A stretch of 64,000 nt of DNA from Candidatus Poribacteria bacterium (GCA_965215015.1 OZ244042.1:2912001-2976000), one strand, 5' to 3'. Positions 19,048 to 30,086 are shown, numbered from the stretch's first letter. The notes: generated from the sequence alone by a model not told the origin. A program made the numbers and translations.

Positions 19048-19434
19048 CTAACGCGATTCATCCTGTGTGGGAAACTCGGCGGGCATGGTGATTTCAATGA
19101 CCTCAAAGTCATCGGAATACTCTAACACCTCATGCTTGATTCCGGGCGGTTGATACCAAGCATCACCCGCCTCAACGCGAATCTCGCCGATGTCTTCAAA
19201 GTCAAGTCGTGCCCAACCCTTGAGCAGGTAATTCATCTGAAATTCGAGGGCATGGGAGTGGTAGCCCATGGGACCTTCACAAGATTGATTGGCGCGGATG
19301 ACGTGCGCCAGTACCTTGCCATTGGTGGCGGTGGTAATTCCCAGATCTCGGTAGACGAAATAGGGGCGTAACCCCTCGGTCCAGTTGGCCTCTTTTATAT
19401 ACGCAGCAAACGCTTTGGCTGTTTTTTCACTCAT
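19048..19434 (-). CDS. Cupin domain protein
   Basis: HSH..EFQ..YLLKG and GDAWYQPPGIKHE. Confidence 0.85.
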   Translation of the reverse strand: MSEKTAKAFAAYIKEANWTEGLRPYFVYRDLGITTATNGKVLAHVIRANQSCEGPMGYHSHALEFQMNYLLKGWARLDFEDIGEIRVEAGDAWYQPPGIKHEVLEYSDDFEVIEITMPAEFPTQDESR

Positions 19435-19736
19435 GTTGTAACTCCTTTTTGTATAAGATGGTAATATCCAATGCCTTTCATAAAATGGTGCTATTCCTGA
19501 TTGTGTTGTCCCGACCTGACTTACACAATCGTGGACTCACAATTTCGTTTGTCCCGCAAATACCAATACTATCAAACGACACTTCATCGTTCGTTGAGTC
19601 TAGAATATAGCACAATGTGCTAGGTGCCTTCGAGACAACGAAATCGGAATTTGCAGCTGTTGATAACGTAAAACGTGATGCGTGAAAACAGTTCTAATGC
19701 AGATTCTATAGGAGTGTCTTCCTTCAAATCAACGGG

Positions 19737-20711
19737 TTAGGTATTGAGGAATGTCTCAATTTCCGATGTCCTTGGTAAAGCAGGGATAACGCCGATTTTC
19801 TGTGTTGTCAAGGCGCCAGCTGCGTTGGCGTATCTCATGATTTCTTGGAGTTGATTATCATCGAGTTTAGGCAGTTCCCCCCCACCTCCGGCGGAACGCA
19901 TTATCTGTGTCAGCATTGCTGCGACAAATCCGTCGCCCGCCCCGAGTGGATCAACCACTTCAACCTTGAATCCATCGACATATCCTTGATGCGCGCCGTT
20001 ATTGTAATAACAACCGTACTCGCCTAGCGTCACAATGACCAGTTCCACGCCAGTCTCCAAGATACGCTCACTTCCACTTTCCAGTTCAGGGGTATCTGTG
20101 ATAAACTCCCACTCCTCGTCTGCGGCTTTGACGACATTCGCATAGGGCATGACCTCCCAGATCCAGCGTTTGGCCTCCTCTGGTGTATCCCACATCATCA
20201 GGCGCAGATTTGGATCGTAGGAGATGAATGCGTCGGAGGCCTTTGCATACTGAATCGCCCTCAACGTGGCATCGCGAACGGGTTGGTGACTTAAACTACA
20301 TGAACCGTAGTGAAATACCTCCGCAGATTGAACATATGCTGCATCAATTTCGTCAGGTCTGAGCAGTATATCTGCCCCCGGATTGCGATAAAAAAAGATG
20401 TCCTTCGCGCCATCTAAGCGGGTAGCAATAAACGCTAATGTTGTCCGGCGACCGGTTTCTGAGATAAGGTGAGCGGCATCAACACGGTTCTGTTCAAGCG
20501 TTTCTCGCAGGAAATCACCGAAGGGGTCATCGCCGATTTTGCCGATAAACCCTGAATCAACACCAAGTTTTGCCAAGCCAACAGCGACGTTCGCAGTTGC
20601 ACCGCCCGCTGCTTTCGCAAATCCCGGTGCTTCTGCAAGCGTAACATCAACTGTTGTGGAAACGAAATCAATGAGTAATTCACCGATACAAAGTGCTCTG
20701 GGCATCTCCAT
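19737..20711 (-). CDS. PfkB-family carbohydrate kinase
   Basis: GELLIDF, AGGATANVA, DPNLR, DPLGAGDGF. Confidence 0.92.
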   Translation of the reverse strand: MEMPRALCIGELLIDFVSTTVDVTLAEAPGFAKAAGGATANVAVGLAKLGVDSGFIGKIGDDPFGDFLRETLEQNRVDAAHLISETGRRTTLAFIATRLDGAKDIFFYRNPGADILLRPDEIDAAYVQSAEVFHYGSCSLSHQPVRDATLRAIQYAKASDAFISYDPNLRLMMWDTPEEAKRWIWEVMPYANVVKAADEEWEFITDTPELESGSERILETGVELVIVTLGEYGCYYNNGAHQGYVDGFKVEVVDPLGAGDGFVAAMLTQIMRSAGGGGELPKLDDNQLQEIMRYANAAGALTTQKIGVIPALPRTSEIETFLNT

Positions 20712-20761
20712 CCCCTCTGCCGGGACCTATTCCTATCTTTGTATTAAGATTGACGCTTGTG

Positions 20762-21325
20762 TTATTTTCCCTGATGTTGATCAACCGATATGAAAGATGA
20801 CGTTCGCCGATTAGAAGATAGGTGTGGTTTAGGGTATTGATTGATTGGGACAATCTCAAACTCTACGAGCAGTGCTTGTTCATCTCTCGGCGATTGGACA
20901 AGCGTCAGCACATTGTCCGACAGAAGCGGGAGTTGCGGTTGGTACAATGTGATACTTACAACTGTCGCAATCAACGCTAATGAGGTTACAACAGCATAGG
21001 GACGAACCCGTGTTCGGAAACTGTAACGCATCCATGCAAACGACGATTCCAATCGCCGTAAGATACGACGCACCGCAGAGATTTGCTCCTTTTCAATTAC
21101 AGTGATTGCTGCAGCTCGACACATCAGGTCCGGCAGGAAATTGTCAGATGGCTTCACTGGATCGAGCTGGTGAAGGATCTCGCTTGTCTGCCGGAGGCGC
21201 ATTACTTCATGTGCACAACTTGGACACCGCTTGAGGTGCCACTGAATCAGTTGAATCGTCCACAAGGGCATCTCACGGTCTATATAAGCGGATAGCTGTG
21301 GTTGAACATTTTCACACTTTAGCAT
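20762..21325 (-). CDS. Zinc-finger (ZAS) membrane anti-sigma factor
   Basis: C...LSAYIDRE...HLKRCPSC (HxxxCxxC), then a TM segment; overlaps the sigma gene stop. Confidence 0.85.
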   Translation of the reverse strand: MLKCENVQPQLSAYIDREMPLWTIQLIQWHLKRCPSCAHEVMRLRQTSEILHQLDPVKPSDNFLPDLMCRAAAITVIEKEQISAVRRILRRLESSFAWMRYSFRTRVRPYAVVTSLALIATVVSITLYQPQLPLLSDNVLTLVQSPRDEQALLVEFEIVPINQYPKPHLSSNRRTSSFISVDQHQGK

Positions 21326-21911
21326 GGGAACTCTCTCCAATTCCAACTTCTGTTAGGAGTGTTTTCATATTTTGGCGGGCGCGATGGATAAGTGATTTCA
21401 CGGCACTAACAGAGCACTCAAGAACTTCTGCGATTTCATCGTACCTTAGATTTTGATAACTGACAAGCGTCAATGCTAAACGCTGATTTTCAGGCAAGCG
21501 GTTAATTGTTTGTTGAATGATGATTTGTTGTTCCTTTTTTTCGTAGACTTCGTCGGGCAGCTGGCTGACATCCTGCATTAGCTCAAGATAGCTGAGGTCC
21601 TCATTGTCAGATACAAGATCATCGAGATAAGCCATATTCCGTCGCTTCCGATTCCGAATTTCGTTCCGGCATAAATTCGTTGCAATGAGATAGAGCCAAT
21701 TTTTGAATCGACACTTGGGCTCATACCGGTCCGCACTCCTGAAAACTCGCAGAAATGTCTCCTGCGCTAAGTCTTCAGCACGGTGATAGTCGCCTATAGA
21801 TCGATAGATGAAATTGGTGATGAGATCTTTATAACGCATCACAATTAGCTCGAAAGCACTCATGTCGCCGTTTCGACACTTCATCATCAATTCTTCGTCG
21901 GAGGTACGCAA
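21312..21911 (-). CDS. ECF sigma-70 factor
   Basis: DEELM...GDMSAFE, AEDLAQETFLRV, FKNWLYLIATN, YDEIAEVL..S...VKSLIHRAR. Start inferred at TTG after AAGGAG. Confidence 0.9.
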   Translation of the reverse strand: MRTSDEELMMKCRNGDMSAFELIVMRYKDLITNFIYRSIGDYHRAEDLAQETFLRVFRSADRYEPKCRFKNWLYLIATNLCRNEIRNRKRRNMAYLDDLVSDNEDLSYLELMQDVSQLPDEVYEKKEQQIIIQQTINRLPENQRLALTLVSYQNLRYDEIAEVLECSVSAVKSLIHRARQNMKTLLTEVGIGESSHAKV

Positions 21912-22160
21912 AACGCCTGCTCCTTCTTTTCGGTAGTAGGAATTTTGAGGCATTGATACAAAATTATAACATCTAAATAGCAACAGATCAATAATTTTAT
22001 AAACACCGTTGTCCCGCTAAAAGTTTCGCTCGGTGATTTTTGTTGACCAGCGTTTGATAAATTGGTAAGATAATTGTGTGTTCATTTCTAACTATAAAAT
22101 ATAACGTTGTCCGATGCTACACCCAAATCATAAAGTGTGAGAGTTAAAGGAGAGGTAGTA

Positions 22161-23636
22161 ATGAGAGTTGTTACTGGCGGGATCAGCCACGAGACCAGTA
22201 CCTTCACCACAGTCCAAACAGATTGGCAGAGCTACACGGAACGGTTTTATTTGCGGGGTGAAGATATGTTAAACACGTTCCGCGGCACCAACACCCCAAT
22301 TGGCGGATTCATTGACGGTGCGGAAACTCATGGCTTTGAACTGATTCCGACTGTTCTTGCCGAGGCACACCCCAGTGGACCCACCTCTCGAAATATCTTT
22401 GATGCCATTCTGGAGGAGATATTAAACGGAATTACTGAAGCTGGTACAATAGATGGGGTACTGTTTGAGTTGCATGGCTCGATGGTGGTTGGAGACCTTG
22501 AGGGACCAGATGGCATTGATGACCCTGAAGGTCATATACTGGCAGCGATTCGTAAGGCGGTCGGTCCGGAGGTGCCTATCCTTGCCCAATTGGATATTCA
22601 TTCCAACGTCTCTCCACAGATGGTTGATGCTGCAGATGTGTTGATTGGGCGAGAGACCTATCCGGAGATTGATATGGCGGAGCGTAGCCGTGAATGCGCC
22701 GATGTGCTGATGTCCATTGTGAATGACGGCAGACGCCCGACCATGGCACTGCATCAGATTCCAATGATCTGGGGAATACACCAAGTTACGGCGCACCCGC
22801 CGATGCGGGAGGCGATTGAAGAACTTCATCGTATCGAAGCCCAACCCAACGTCATTTGTGGTTCAATTGCGACCTGCTACTATTTGGCGGATGTGCCAAA
22901 TATGGGGGCATCGGTTTACATTGTGACCGATAACGATCGAGCGTTAGCCCAGACCTACGCCGACCAATTGGGGGAGTGGCTCTTTGAGCGGCGCGAAGTG
23001 TGGCACGGTCCCGCCCCTACAACCCGTGAAGCGTTGCAGATAGCGGAAGCAGAGGGAAAATTTCCGGTGATTTTTGCGGATCGTAACGATAACACCGGCG
23101 GCGGTTCTCCGGGTGATAGCACCGGCATGTTGCAGTGTTTCATAGAAGCGGGACTTCAGGATGCGTGCCTACTTTACATCGTCGATCCGGAGGCGATTGC
23201 ACAGTGCCAGAGGGCTGGTGTAGGCGCAACCTTAACCCTAGATGTCGGTGCTAAATCAACCCTTGCACAGGGGCAACCTATCCGCATGACAGCTGAGGTG
23301 ATTGCACTATCGGATGGCAGTTTCCGTTACGATGGACCGATGCTCGCTGGTTTGAGCAGCACCATGGGACCATCAGCGCATATTAAGCAGGATGGTATTC
23401 ACGTTCTGTTAGTCACACAACGGGAACAACCCTTTGATACCGCTTTTTCTCGAACGCTTGGACTGGAGCCGCGTCAGATGCGCTATATCGGCGTCAAATC
23501 TTCCGCTCACTTTCGCGCAGGATTTGAGGCGTGGGCGAGGGCAATCCATGTTGTGTCTGAACCTAGCGTCCACACACTGAGCAATCTGACTTTCAAACGA
23601 CTGGGTCGTAAGTTGTATCCCTTTGATAATATTTAA
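22161..23636 (+). CDS. M81 family (MlrC-like) metallopeptidase
   Basis: ISHETSTF, LHGSM, LDIHSN, DNTGGG..GDST, VKSSAHFRA. Confidence 0.9.
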   Translation: MRVVTGGISHETSTFTTVQTDWQSYTERFYLRGEDMLNTFRGTNTPIGGFIDGAETHGFELIPTVLAEAHPSGPTSRNIFDAILEEILNGITEAGTIDGVLFELHGSMVVGDLEGPDGIDDPEGHILAAIRKAVGPEVPILAQLDIHSNVSPQMVDAADVLIGRETYPEIDMAERSRECADVLMSIVNDGRRPTMALHQIPMIWGIHQVTAHPPMREAIEELHRIEAQPNVICGSIATCYYLADVPNMGASVYIVTDNDRALAQTYADQLGEWLFERREVWHGPAPTTREALQIAEAEGKFPVIFADRNDNTGGGSPGDSTGMLQCFIEAGLQDACLLYIVDPEAIAQCQRAGVGATLTLDVGAKSTLAQGQPIRMTAEVIALSDGSFRYDGPMLAGLSSTMGPSAHIKQDGIHVLLVTQREQPFDTAFSRTLGLEPRQMRYIGVKSSAHFRAGFEAWARAIHVVSEPSVHTLSNLTFKRLGRKLYPFDNI

Positions 23637-23876
23637 CACAAGTTGCTAGGTGCTGCTGATATTTGGGTGTCGAGATATAAATATAGATCCACAGGATAGC
23701 TGCCGGTATTAAACCGAGCGGGAGGAGTAGGCAGGTTAGGGTATACGGAGGACACCTACTACCTTCAGCCTACAGTACGATCACAGATTGGGAAACCTGT
23801 CAAGGGACTTTGGTCCGGGTAAGATGACCGTCCTACGGATATAGGGGATTGACTTTCAAACTAGCAACTTAGGTGA
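23634..23876. mobile_element. MITE-like element with CAAGTTGCTAG-type terminal IRs
   Basis: TAACACAAGTTGCTAG ... CTAGCAACTTAGGTGA with internal REP-like modules. Confidence 0.55.
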
Positions 23877-23915
23877 TATTTAAGTAGCCATAACCCGACT
23901 TTTAAGGAGGACCTT

Positions 23916-24926
23916 ATGAAAATTCCAATTCTATACGGAGCGCGAGATCTCCGCATGGAGGAGCACCCCCTTGATACGGATAACTTGAAACCAACAGACG
24001 TTTGGATCGAGACTGAGATCTCCGCCCTGAAAATCGGGACAGATCGTGGCAACTATGAAGGTGCGGAACAGGTTCCGGGCGCACCTAACTACCCCCGATG
24101 GGTAGGGGACAGCAACTTGGGGGTTGTTCGTGGTGTGGGCAGCGACGTGACCCGCGTGCAGGTTGGTGACCGGGTTGTGACCCGTCAACCTCATCAATCC
24201 GAATACATCACAGATGAATCGGCGAGCATTGTCAAAGTTCCCGATGGTGTACATCCAGAGGATGCTGTATACACCCATCTTTATGCCCTCAGTGGTCACT
24301 GTTATCGTAAAGCGCATTTCCAGCCTGGTGAAACTGTGGCGGTTGTCGGGCTAGGGGTGCTTGGATTGGGGGCGGTTGGGTTGGGACAACCCTTTGGAGC
24401 ACGGGTTGTTGGAATTGGTAATAGCCCTATCCGGTTGGAGATGGCAGAACGCATGGGTGCTCATGCCGCGTTCCTGTACGATGCCCCTGACCTTGATGCA
24501 AAGCTAGACGCATTTACCAACGGCATCGGTATTGATTTAGTTATCCTTACGGCAAACCCATGGACCGCTTTCCGAACGTCTGTACAGATTGTTCGGGATA
24601 ATGGTCGTGTATCTGTGGTCAGTCTACTTGGTCGTGGTGAACCCCCTCTCGATTTTAACCCGCTAGCGATGGAATGGTTCTATAACAAGGGGATTTCAAT
24701 CATTGCGGTGTCGGGGCCTCCGGGCTATCTGTATCCTACACCTGAGGACCGCTTTGGCAATGATCGGCACGGGGATTATATCATTTCTTTAATGGCAGAT
24801 GGGCTCGTTGAGCCGAAGCGGTTAATCACCCATCGCTTCCATTACACAGAGATAGTCAAGGCTTATGAGATGGCGTACCATCGGGAAAAATCAATGTTGG
24901 GCGTCATTTTTAATTGGAAAGATTAG
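23916..24926 (+). CDS. MDR (Zn-ADH-like) oxidoreductase
   Basis: GVVRGVGSDV..VQVGDRV, VVGLGVLG, LITHRF. Canonical catalytic Zn ligands are not evident. Confidence 0.8.
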   Translation: MKIPILYGARDLRMEEHPLDTDNLKPTDVWIETEISALKIGTDRGNYEGAEQVPGAPNYPRWVGDSNLGVVRGVGSDVTRVQVGDRVVTRQPHQSEYITDESASIVKVPDGVHPEDAVYTHLYALSGHCYRKAHFQPGETVAVVGLGVLGLGAVGLGQPFGARVVGIGNSPIRLEMAERMGAHAAFLYDAPDLDAKLDAFTNGIGIDLVILTANPWTAFRTSVQIVRDNGRVSVVSLLGRGEPPLDFNPLAMEWFYNKGISIIAVSGPPGYLYPTPEDRFGNDRHGDYIISLMADGLVEPKRLITHRFHYTEIVKAYEMAYHREKSMLGVIFNWKD

Positions 24927-24934
24927 GAGAATTC

Positions 24935-26356
24935 ATGTCCAGTACAGAGATATGCTTCCTAACCGCCACAGAGTTGGTGCGTTGTATCCGTGCAAAGGAA
25001 CTTTCTGTCAGAGAGGTCATGGAAGCACATTTGGCTCAAATCGAGCGCGTCAATCCAAAGGTGAATGCTATTGTCACCCACTCGGATCCTGCCGAAGTGA
25101 TAGATCTGGCAGATGCTGCCGATGCAGTGTTGGCAGGTGGTGAAGATGTGGGTCTACTGCACGGACTTCCCATCGCACATAAAGATCTCGTCGAAACCAA
25201 GGACATACGTACCACCTACGGTTCTCCAATTTTCAAGGACTTTGTGCCTGAACACGACGCTTTGATTGTGGAACGCCTGAAGAAAGCTGGAGCGATCACC
25301 ATTGGCAAGACAAATACGCCGGAGTTTGGTGCGGGATCGCAAACTTACAACGAGGTGTTCGGAGAGACGCTCAATCCGTATGATACAACCAAGACTTGTG
25401 GTGGCAGCAGCGGTGGTGCTGCGGTGGCGTTAGCGTGTGGTATGATTCCAATCGCAGATGGGAGTGACATGGGCGGCTCGCTACGAAATCCCGCCAACTT
25501 TTGTAATGTTGTGGGCTTCCGTACTTCGCCCGGCAGGGTACCTGTGTGGCCCGCCCTATTGGGTTGGTTTCCGATATCGGTGGAGGGGCCCATGGCACGA
25601 ACGGTACAGGATGCCGCATTGATGTTAAGCGCAATCGCCGGTCCCGATCGCCGTGCGCCTATTTCTATCAGTGAGTCGGGGGAGATGTTTTCTCGACCCC
25701 TTGAGCGTGATTTTAGTAGTGTGCATATCGCTTGGGATCGGGATTTGGGAGGCCTGCCCATTAATCCGCAGGTGACTGCCACTATTGACGCGCAACGCAG
25801 TACCTTTGAATCGTTGGGCTGTGTAATCATGGACGACGTACCGGATTTTACGGATGCGGATGAAGTCTTTAAGGTATGGCGTGCATGGCGTTTTGAACTC
25901 GCTTATGCTAAACTGTTAGAAACTCACCCGGACCAGATAAAGGATACTGTAGTCTGGAACATCAAAGCAGGTAGTGAGTTAGGTGGGCCACAGATTGGGC
26001 AAACAGAGATTAAACGGACAGCACTCTATCAGCGCGTACGAGAATTTATGGAGACTTACGAGTTCCTAATCCTTCCCGTGAACCAAACGCTTCCCTTTGA
26101 CGTAAAGCAACGCTATGTTACTGAAATCAACGGTGTGAAAATGGAGACGTATATCGATTGGATGCGATCCTGCTATTACCTCAGTGTCCTCGGTCTGCCT
26201 GCGATTTCGGTGCCCTGCGGTTTCACTCCGGAAGGTTTGCCGGTGGGTGTCCAAATTGTCGGACGACACCAAGATGATTTTGGTGTGCTTCAATTAGCTC
26301 ATGCCTTTGAACAAGCTACAGGTTTTTGGAAACAGAGGCCAACCGTGGTCAAATAA
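24935..26356 (+). CDS. Amidase signature family protein
   Basis: HGLPIAHKDL, GKTNTPEFG, GGSSGG, GSDMGGSLRNPA. Confidence 0.93.
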   Translation: MSSTEICFLTATELVRCIRAKELSVREVMEAHLAQIERVNPKVNAIVTHSDPAEVIDLADAADAVLAGGEDVGLLHGLPIAHKDLVETKDIRTTYGSPIFKDFVPEHDALIVERLKKAGAITIGKTNTPEFGAGSQTYNEVFGETLNPYDTTKTCGGSSGGAAVALACGMIPIADGSDMGGSLRNPANFCNVVGFRTSPGRVPVWPALLGWFPISVEGPMARTVQDAALMLSAIAGPDRRAPISISESGEMFSRPLERDFSSVHIAWDRDLGGLPINPQVTATIDAQRSTFESLGCVIMDDVPDFTDADEVFKVWRAWRFELAYAKLLETHPDQIKDTVVWNIKAGSELGGPQIGQTEIKRTALYQRVREFMETYEFLILPVNQTLPFDVKQRYVTEINGVKMETYIDWMRSCYYLSVLGLPAISVPCGFTPEGLPVGVQIVGRHQDDFGVLQLAHAFEQATGFWKQRPTVVK

Positions 26357-26412
26357 CATAACCTTCAAAGAAGGAAGTTTGTCTTACGCTCGTTACACAG
26401 AAAGGAGTTACA

Positions 26413-27753
26413 ATGTCTCAACTTACCCATCACGTTACCCGTTCTAATCAACTTTATAAGCGGGCTGGCGAAATTATCCCCGGCTGGACGCAACTGATCA
26501 GCCGACGTGCCAGCCAATTTGCCAATGGTGTCAGTCCTACCTATGCCCAACGTGCCAAAGGCTCCCGTTTCATTGATGTCGATGGAAATGAATACATTGA
26601 TTGGGTCAACGCTGTTGGGGCGATCATCCTCGGTCATGCGGATCCGGTCGTAGACATGGCGGTCAAAGACCAAATCGATCGCGGTAGCCTTTACACGCTG
26701 AATGGGCCGGTGGAAATCGAATTGGCGGAAGAACTGCTAGAGACCATTCCGAGTGCTGAGATGGTGCGGTATACCAAAGGCGGCGGCGAAGCTTGTGCCG
26801 TTGCGGCGCGCATCGCACGAGGTACAACCGGCAAAGATAAAATTGTGTTCTGCGGCTACCACGGTTGGCACGATTGGTATCAAGCAGCGAATTATGGTGT
26901 CGATCCTGAAAGCGGCGAATACCCGTTTGCAGGGATTGAACCAATCGGTGTGCCGCAAGCACTCGCCGGGACCGCAATCCCCTTTGTTTATGGCGATCTT
27001 GCTATGTTAGAGAGACTACTAGAGGAGCATCAAGGTGAGGTTGCAGCGGTTATGATGGAACCCGCCCGTTCCGAGTTGCCTGAGCCGGGATACCTAGAAG
27101 GGGTCAAAGCCCTTGCCCATAAGCATGAGGCTATTTTTATCTTTGACGAGGTATCTTGTGGTTGGCGGTACTCGGTTGGTGGTATGCAAAAACCTCTAGG
27201 CGTTATTCCAGATATGACTGTCGTCGCAAAGGCGATGTCAAACGGCTATCCGATGGGGGCTGTGGTTGGTTCACGAGAGGTGATGGAGCCGGCCAGTCGT
27301 ATGTTTATCTCCAGCTCCTATTGGAGCGATAATATTGGAGCTGTTGCTGCACTGACCACGATTCGTGAGCTGAGACGCCGGAATTCTGAGATTCGTTTTA
27401 AGGAACTTGGCGAGAATTTGCGTTCCGTCCTCAACGAAGTAATTGCCGCTAATGGGCTATCAGGTGCCTGTACCGGTCTCCATACCAGCCTTGCTGTTTC
27501 CATTGATTTACCGGATGAAACGCTGGCACCCGAAGTCAAAACACTATTTATCCAAGAAATGGCAAAGCGTGGTGTTCATTGTTATATGGGATTTAAGGGA
27601 ACTCTTGCTCACACTGAGGAAGATATCCGTTTGACTGCTGATGCGGTGGCGGGGGCATTGGGCGTAATTAAATCTGCTCTGGACGCAGGCGATGTGGACA
27701 GTTTGCTGGAATCTGACCTGAAGAAGGATCCGTTTCGCCGTTTGGTCCGGTAG
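26413..27753 (+). CDS. Class III aminotransferase (GSA aminomutase-like)
   Basis: DVDGNEYID, ILGHA, GYHGWHD, FIFDEV, AKAMSNGYP. Confidence 0.9.
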   Translation: MSQLTHHVTRSNQLYKRAGEIIPGWTQLISRRASQFANGVSPTYAQRAKGSRFIDVDGNEYIDWVNAVGAIILGHADPVVDMAVKDQIDRGSLYTLNGPVEIELAEELLETIPSAEMVRYTKGGGEACAVAARIARGTTGKDKIVFCGYHGWHDWYQAANYGVDPESGEYPFAGIEPIGVPQALAGTAIPFVYGDLAMLERLLEEHQGEVAAVMMEPARSELPEPGYLEGVKALAHKHEAIFIFDEVSCGWRYSVGGMQKPLGVIPDMTVVAKAMSNGYPMGAVVGSREVMEPASRMFISSSYWSDNIGAVAALTTIRELRRRNSEIRFKELGENLRSVLNEVIAANGLSGACTGLHTSLAVSIDLPDETLAPEVKTLFIQEMAKRGVHCYMGFKGTLAHTEEDIRLTADAVAGALGVIKSALDAGDVDSLLESDLKKDPFRRLVR

Positions 27754-27807
27754 TTACTCTTAAATTCTGTTCGTCTTTGATATACTGTTATTGGGAGATT
27801 ATTGCTT

Positions 27808-28881
27808 ATGCTAATTGTTGATGCTCACCTTGATCTTTCTTGGAACGCACTTCAAGGAAATCGAGACTTGTTGCGTTCCGCTTATACCATCCGCACACAA
27901 GAGGTCGGCACCCCAGGCAAGGGACGTGCCCAAGGCACCGTTGCGTTCCCGGACATGCGTCAGGGGCGACTTGCGGTATCTGTCGTCACCCTGTTTGCTC
28001 GCTGCACCGGACGACCTGCTCCCCATTCCGATTATGCGTCACCAACCCAGTCTTACGGGGTTGCCCAAGGACAGTTAGCTTACTATCGCGCTTTGGAGCA
28101 CGAGGGTCATATTCGCATTATCAAAAATCGAGCGAATTTGGATAGCCATATAGCGCATTGGGAGGCTTGGGAAAAGACGGGATCAGATGACACCCCACCA
28201 CTTGGGTTTGTAATTAGCATGGAGGGGGCGGATCCGATTCTAAACCCAGATCAGCTGGAGGAGTGGGTCGGAGGGGGCCTGCGTCTGCTCGGACTCACGC
28301 ACTATGGACCAGGACGCTACGCTGGCGGGACAGGCACCGAATTGGGCTTAACTGAATTAGGAGCACCGCTGCTCGCTGAAATGGAGCGGTTAGGCGTTAC
28401 CCTCGATCTCACTCACTGCTCGGATCAGGCGTTCTGGAAAGCGTTGGAGCATTATAAAGGATTGGTGTTGGCAAGCCATAATAACTGTCGTGCGCTGGTC
28501 CCCCATCAACGTCAGTTCAGCGATGAACAATTGCGAGCAATTTTTGAACGAGATGGTGTGATTGGTGCGGCTTTTGACGCGTGGATGTTGCAACCAGGCT
28601 GGGTCTCTGGACAAAGCACTAATGAAGGGGTCACGTTGAACACAGTCGTTGATCACATGGACTACGTATGCCAATTGGCGGGCAATAGCCGTCACGCTGG
28701 CATCGGCACAGATCTTGATGGTGGCTACGGACGTGAACAATCCCCTTCCGATTTGGACACGATTGCCGATCTCCAAAAACTTGCGGGTTTACTGGCGGAT
28801 CGCGGCTATAATGATGACGATATTACAGCCATCATGCACGGAAACTGGCTGCGTCTGCTACGCCAGGCATGGAGCAATTAA
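27808..28881 (+). CDS. Membrane dipeptidase (M19) family protein
   Basis: IVDAHLD, SMEGAD, LASHNNCRAL, GIGTDLDGG, GNWLR. Confidence 0.9.
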   Translation: MLIVDAHLDLSWNALQGNRDLLRSAYTIRTQEVGTPGKGRAQGTVAFPDMRQGRLAVSVVTLFARCTGRPAPHSDYASPTQSYGVAQGQLAYYRALEHEGHIRIIKNRANLDSHIAHWEAWEKTGSDDTPPLGFVISMEGADPILNPDQLEEWVGGGLRLLGLTHYGPGRYAGGTGTELGLTELGAPLLAEMERLGVTLDLTHCSDQAFWKALEHYKGLVLASHNNCRALVPHQRQFSDEQLRAIFERDGVIGAAFDAWMLQPGWVSGQSTNEGVTLNTVVDHMDYVCQLAGNSRHAGIGTDLDGGYGREQSPSDLDTIADLQKLAGLLADRGYNDDDITAIMHGNWLRLLRQAWSN

Positions 28882-28909
28882 CACAGATTGAAATAAACAG
28901 AGGAAAATT

Positions 28910-29713
28910 ATGAGTGCCGATGAACGCAGTGTTATAGATCTATTCAGCTTGCAGGGCAAAGTTGCGGTGATCACAGGGGCGTGTGGTTGGTTAGGGTCAG
29001 CGATGAGCCGGGGCCTCGCAGAAGCAGGGGCGCAGGTAGTAGTTACCAGCCGTGATGGTGGGCCGGCTGCCGAATTTGCTGCCACGCTGCCCGGAGATGG
29101 ACACCTGGGTTTGGGGTTCAGTCAGGGTGACACCGACACGATTCCCGGATTCGTCGCAGAAGTGGTGGAACGGATGGGTAAGATTGATGTGTTGGTCAAT
29201 AACGCTTACGGCGGTACAGCACCGGACATCGACAACGCTACAGCGGAGGACTTTAATCAAGCGTATCATGTCGGCGTAACAGCATATTTTTTGCTGGCGC
29301 GAGATGTGATGCTGCATCTACGCGAGAATCAGCGGCCCGGATCGATTATCAATATCGCCAGTATGTATGGTGTCGTTGCGAGCTATCCGAGCGCATACGA
29401 AGGATTGCCGGCCAACAGTCCGCCCAATTATCACGCGCTCAAGGGTGGTGTGGTACATTTAACCCGTCATCTCGCCGCGTACTGGGCAAGATACAATATT
29501 CGGGTCAATGCCATCGCTCCCGGACCGTTCCCCAAGCCAGCGGTACGCAACAGTGTTGAAGGTTTCATCCCTCGCCTAGAGGAGAAGGTGCCGTTGGGAC
29601 GCATGGGACGGCCAGAGGAATTGAAAGGGGCAGTCGTACTGTTAGCCAGCGACGCTGGCAGTTATATTACCGGACAGAATTTGTTAATTGATGGTGGGTG
29701 GACTGCCTGGTAG
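28910..29713 (+). CDS. SDR family oxidoreductase
   Basis: TGACGWLG, LVNNA, YHALKGG, RVNAIAPG. Confidence 0.92.
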   Translation: MSADERSVIDLFSLQGKVAVITGACGWLGSAMSRGLAEAGAQVVVTSRDGGPAAEFAATLPGDGHLGLGFSQGDTDTIPGFVAEVVERMGKIDVLVNNAYGGTAPDIDNATAEDFNQAYHVGVTAYFLLARDVMLHLRENQRPGSIINIASMYGVVASYPSAYEGLPANSPPNYHALKGGVVHLTRHLAAYWARYNIRVNAIAPGPFPKPAVRNSVEGFIPRLEEKVPLGRMGRPEELKGAVVLLASDAGSYITGQNLLIDGGWTAW

Positions 29714-29837
29714 GAAGCATAGATTGAGGGCGGATAGAATGATGCACCGCAGCGATCATAGGTTAGGAAACTTGTGCAGCGAGAGTGAGAACGAGACCTC
29801 ATATCAAATGCATAAATTCTGATAAATTAACCGTCAC

Positions 29838-30086
29838 TTATGTTGATTGACCATTTTGCAATGCTGCTACCTTCTCCTTCAAGGGACGATAGACATACTC
29901 ATTCATCACTGCGATTGCTCCGCGATCAGACTGGTCACGGACGACACCCGCATACGCCTCTAACGCCTGACGCGCGGTGGTCAATGCGATCTCTGCAGAC
30001 AGGATCGCTTCAGTAGATTTTCCGTCAGCTTCTGCAATCACAGCATGGCGAACTGCGGCGATCATATCTAGATAACCGATGCCAAA
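29838..30086 (-). pseudogene. Probable orphan C-terminal fragment of a larger gene
   Basis: Protein-like helical sequence FGIGYLDMIAAV...DQSDRGAIAVMNEYVYRPLKEK, with no RBS and an in-frame stop just upstream. Confidence 0.4.
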
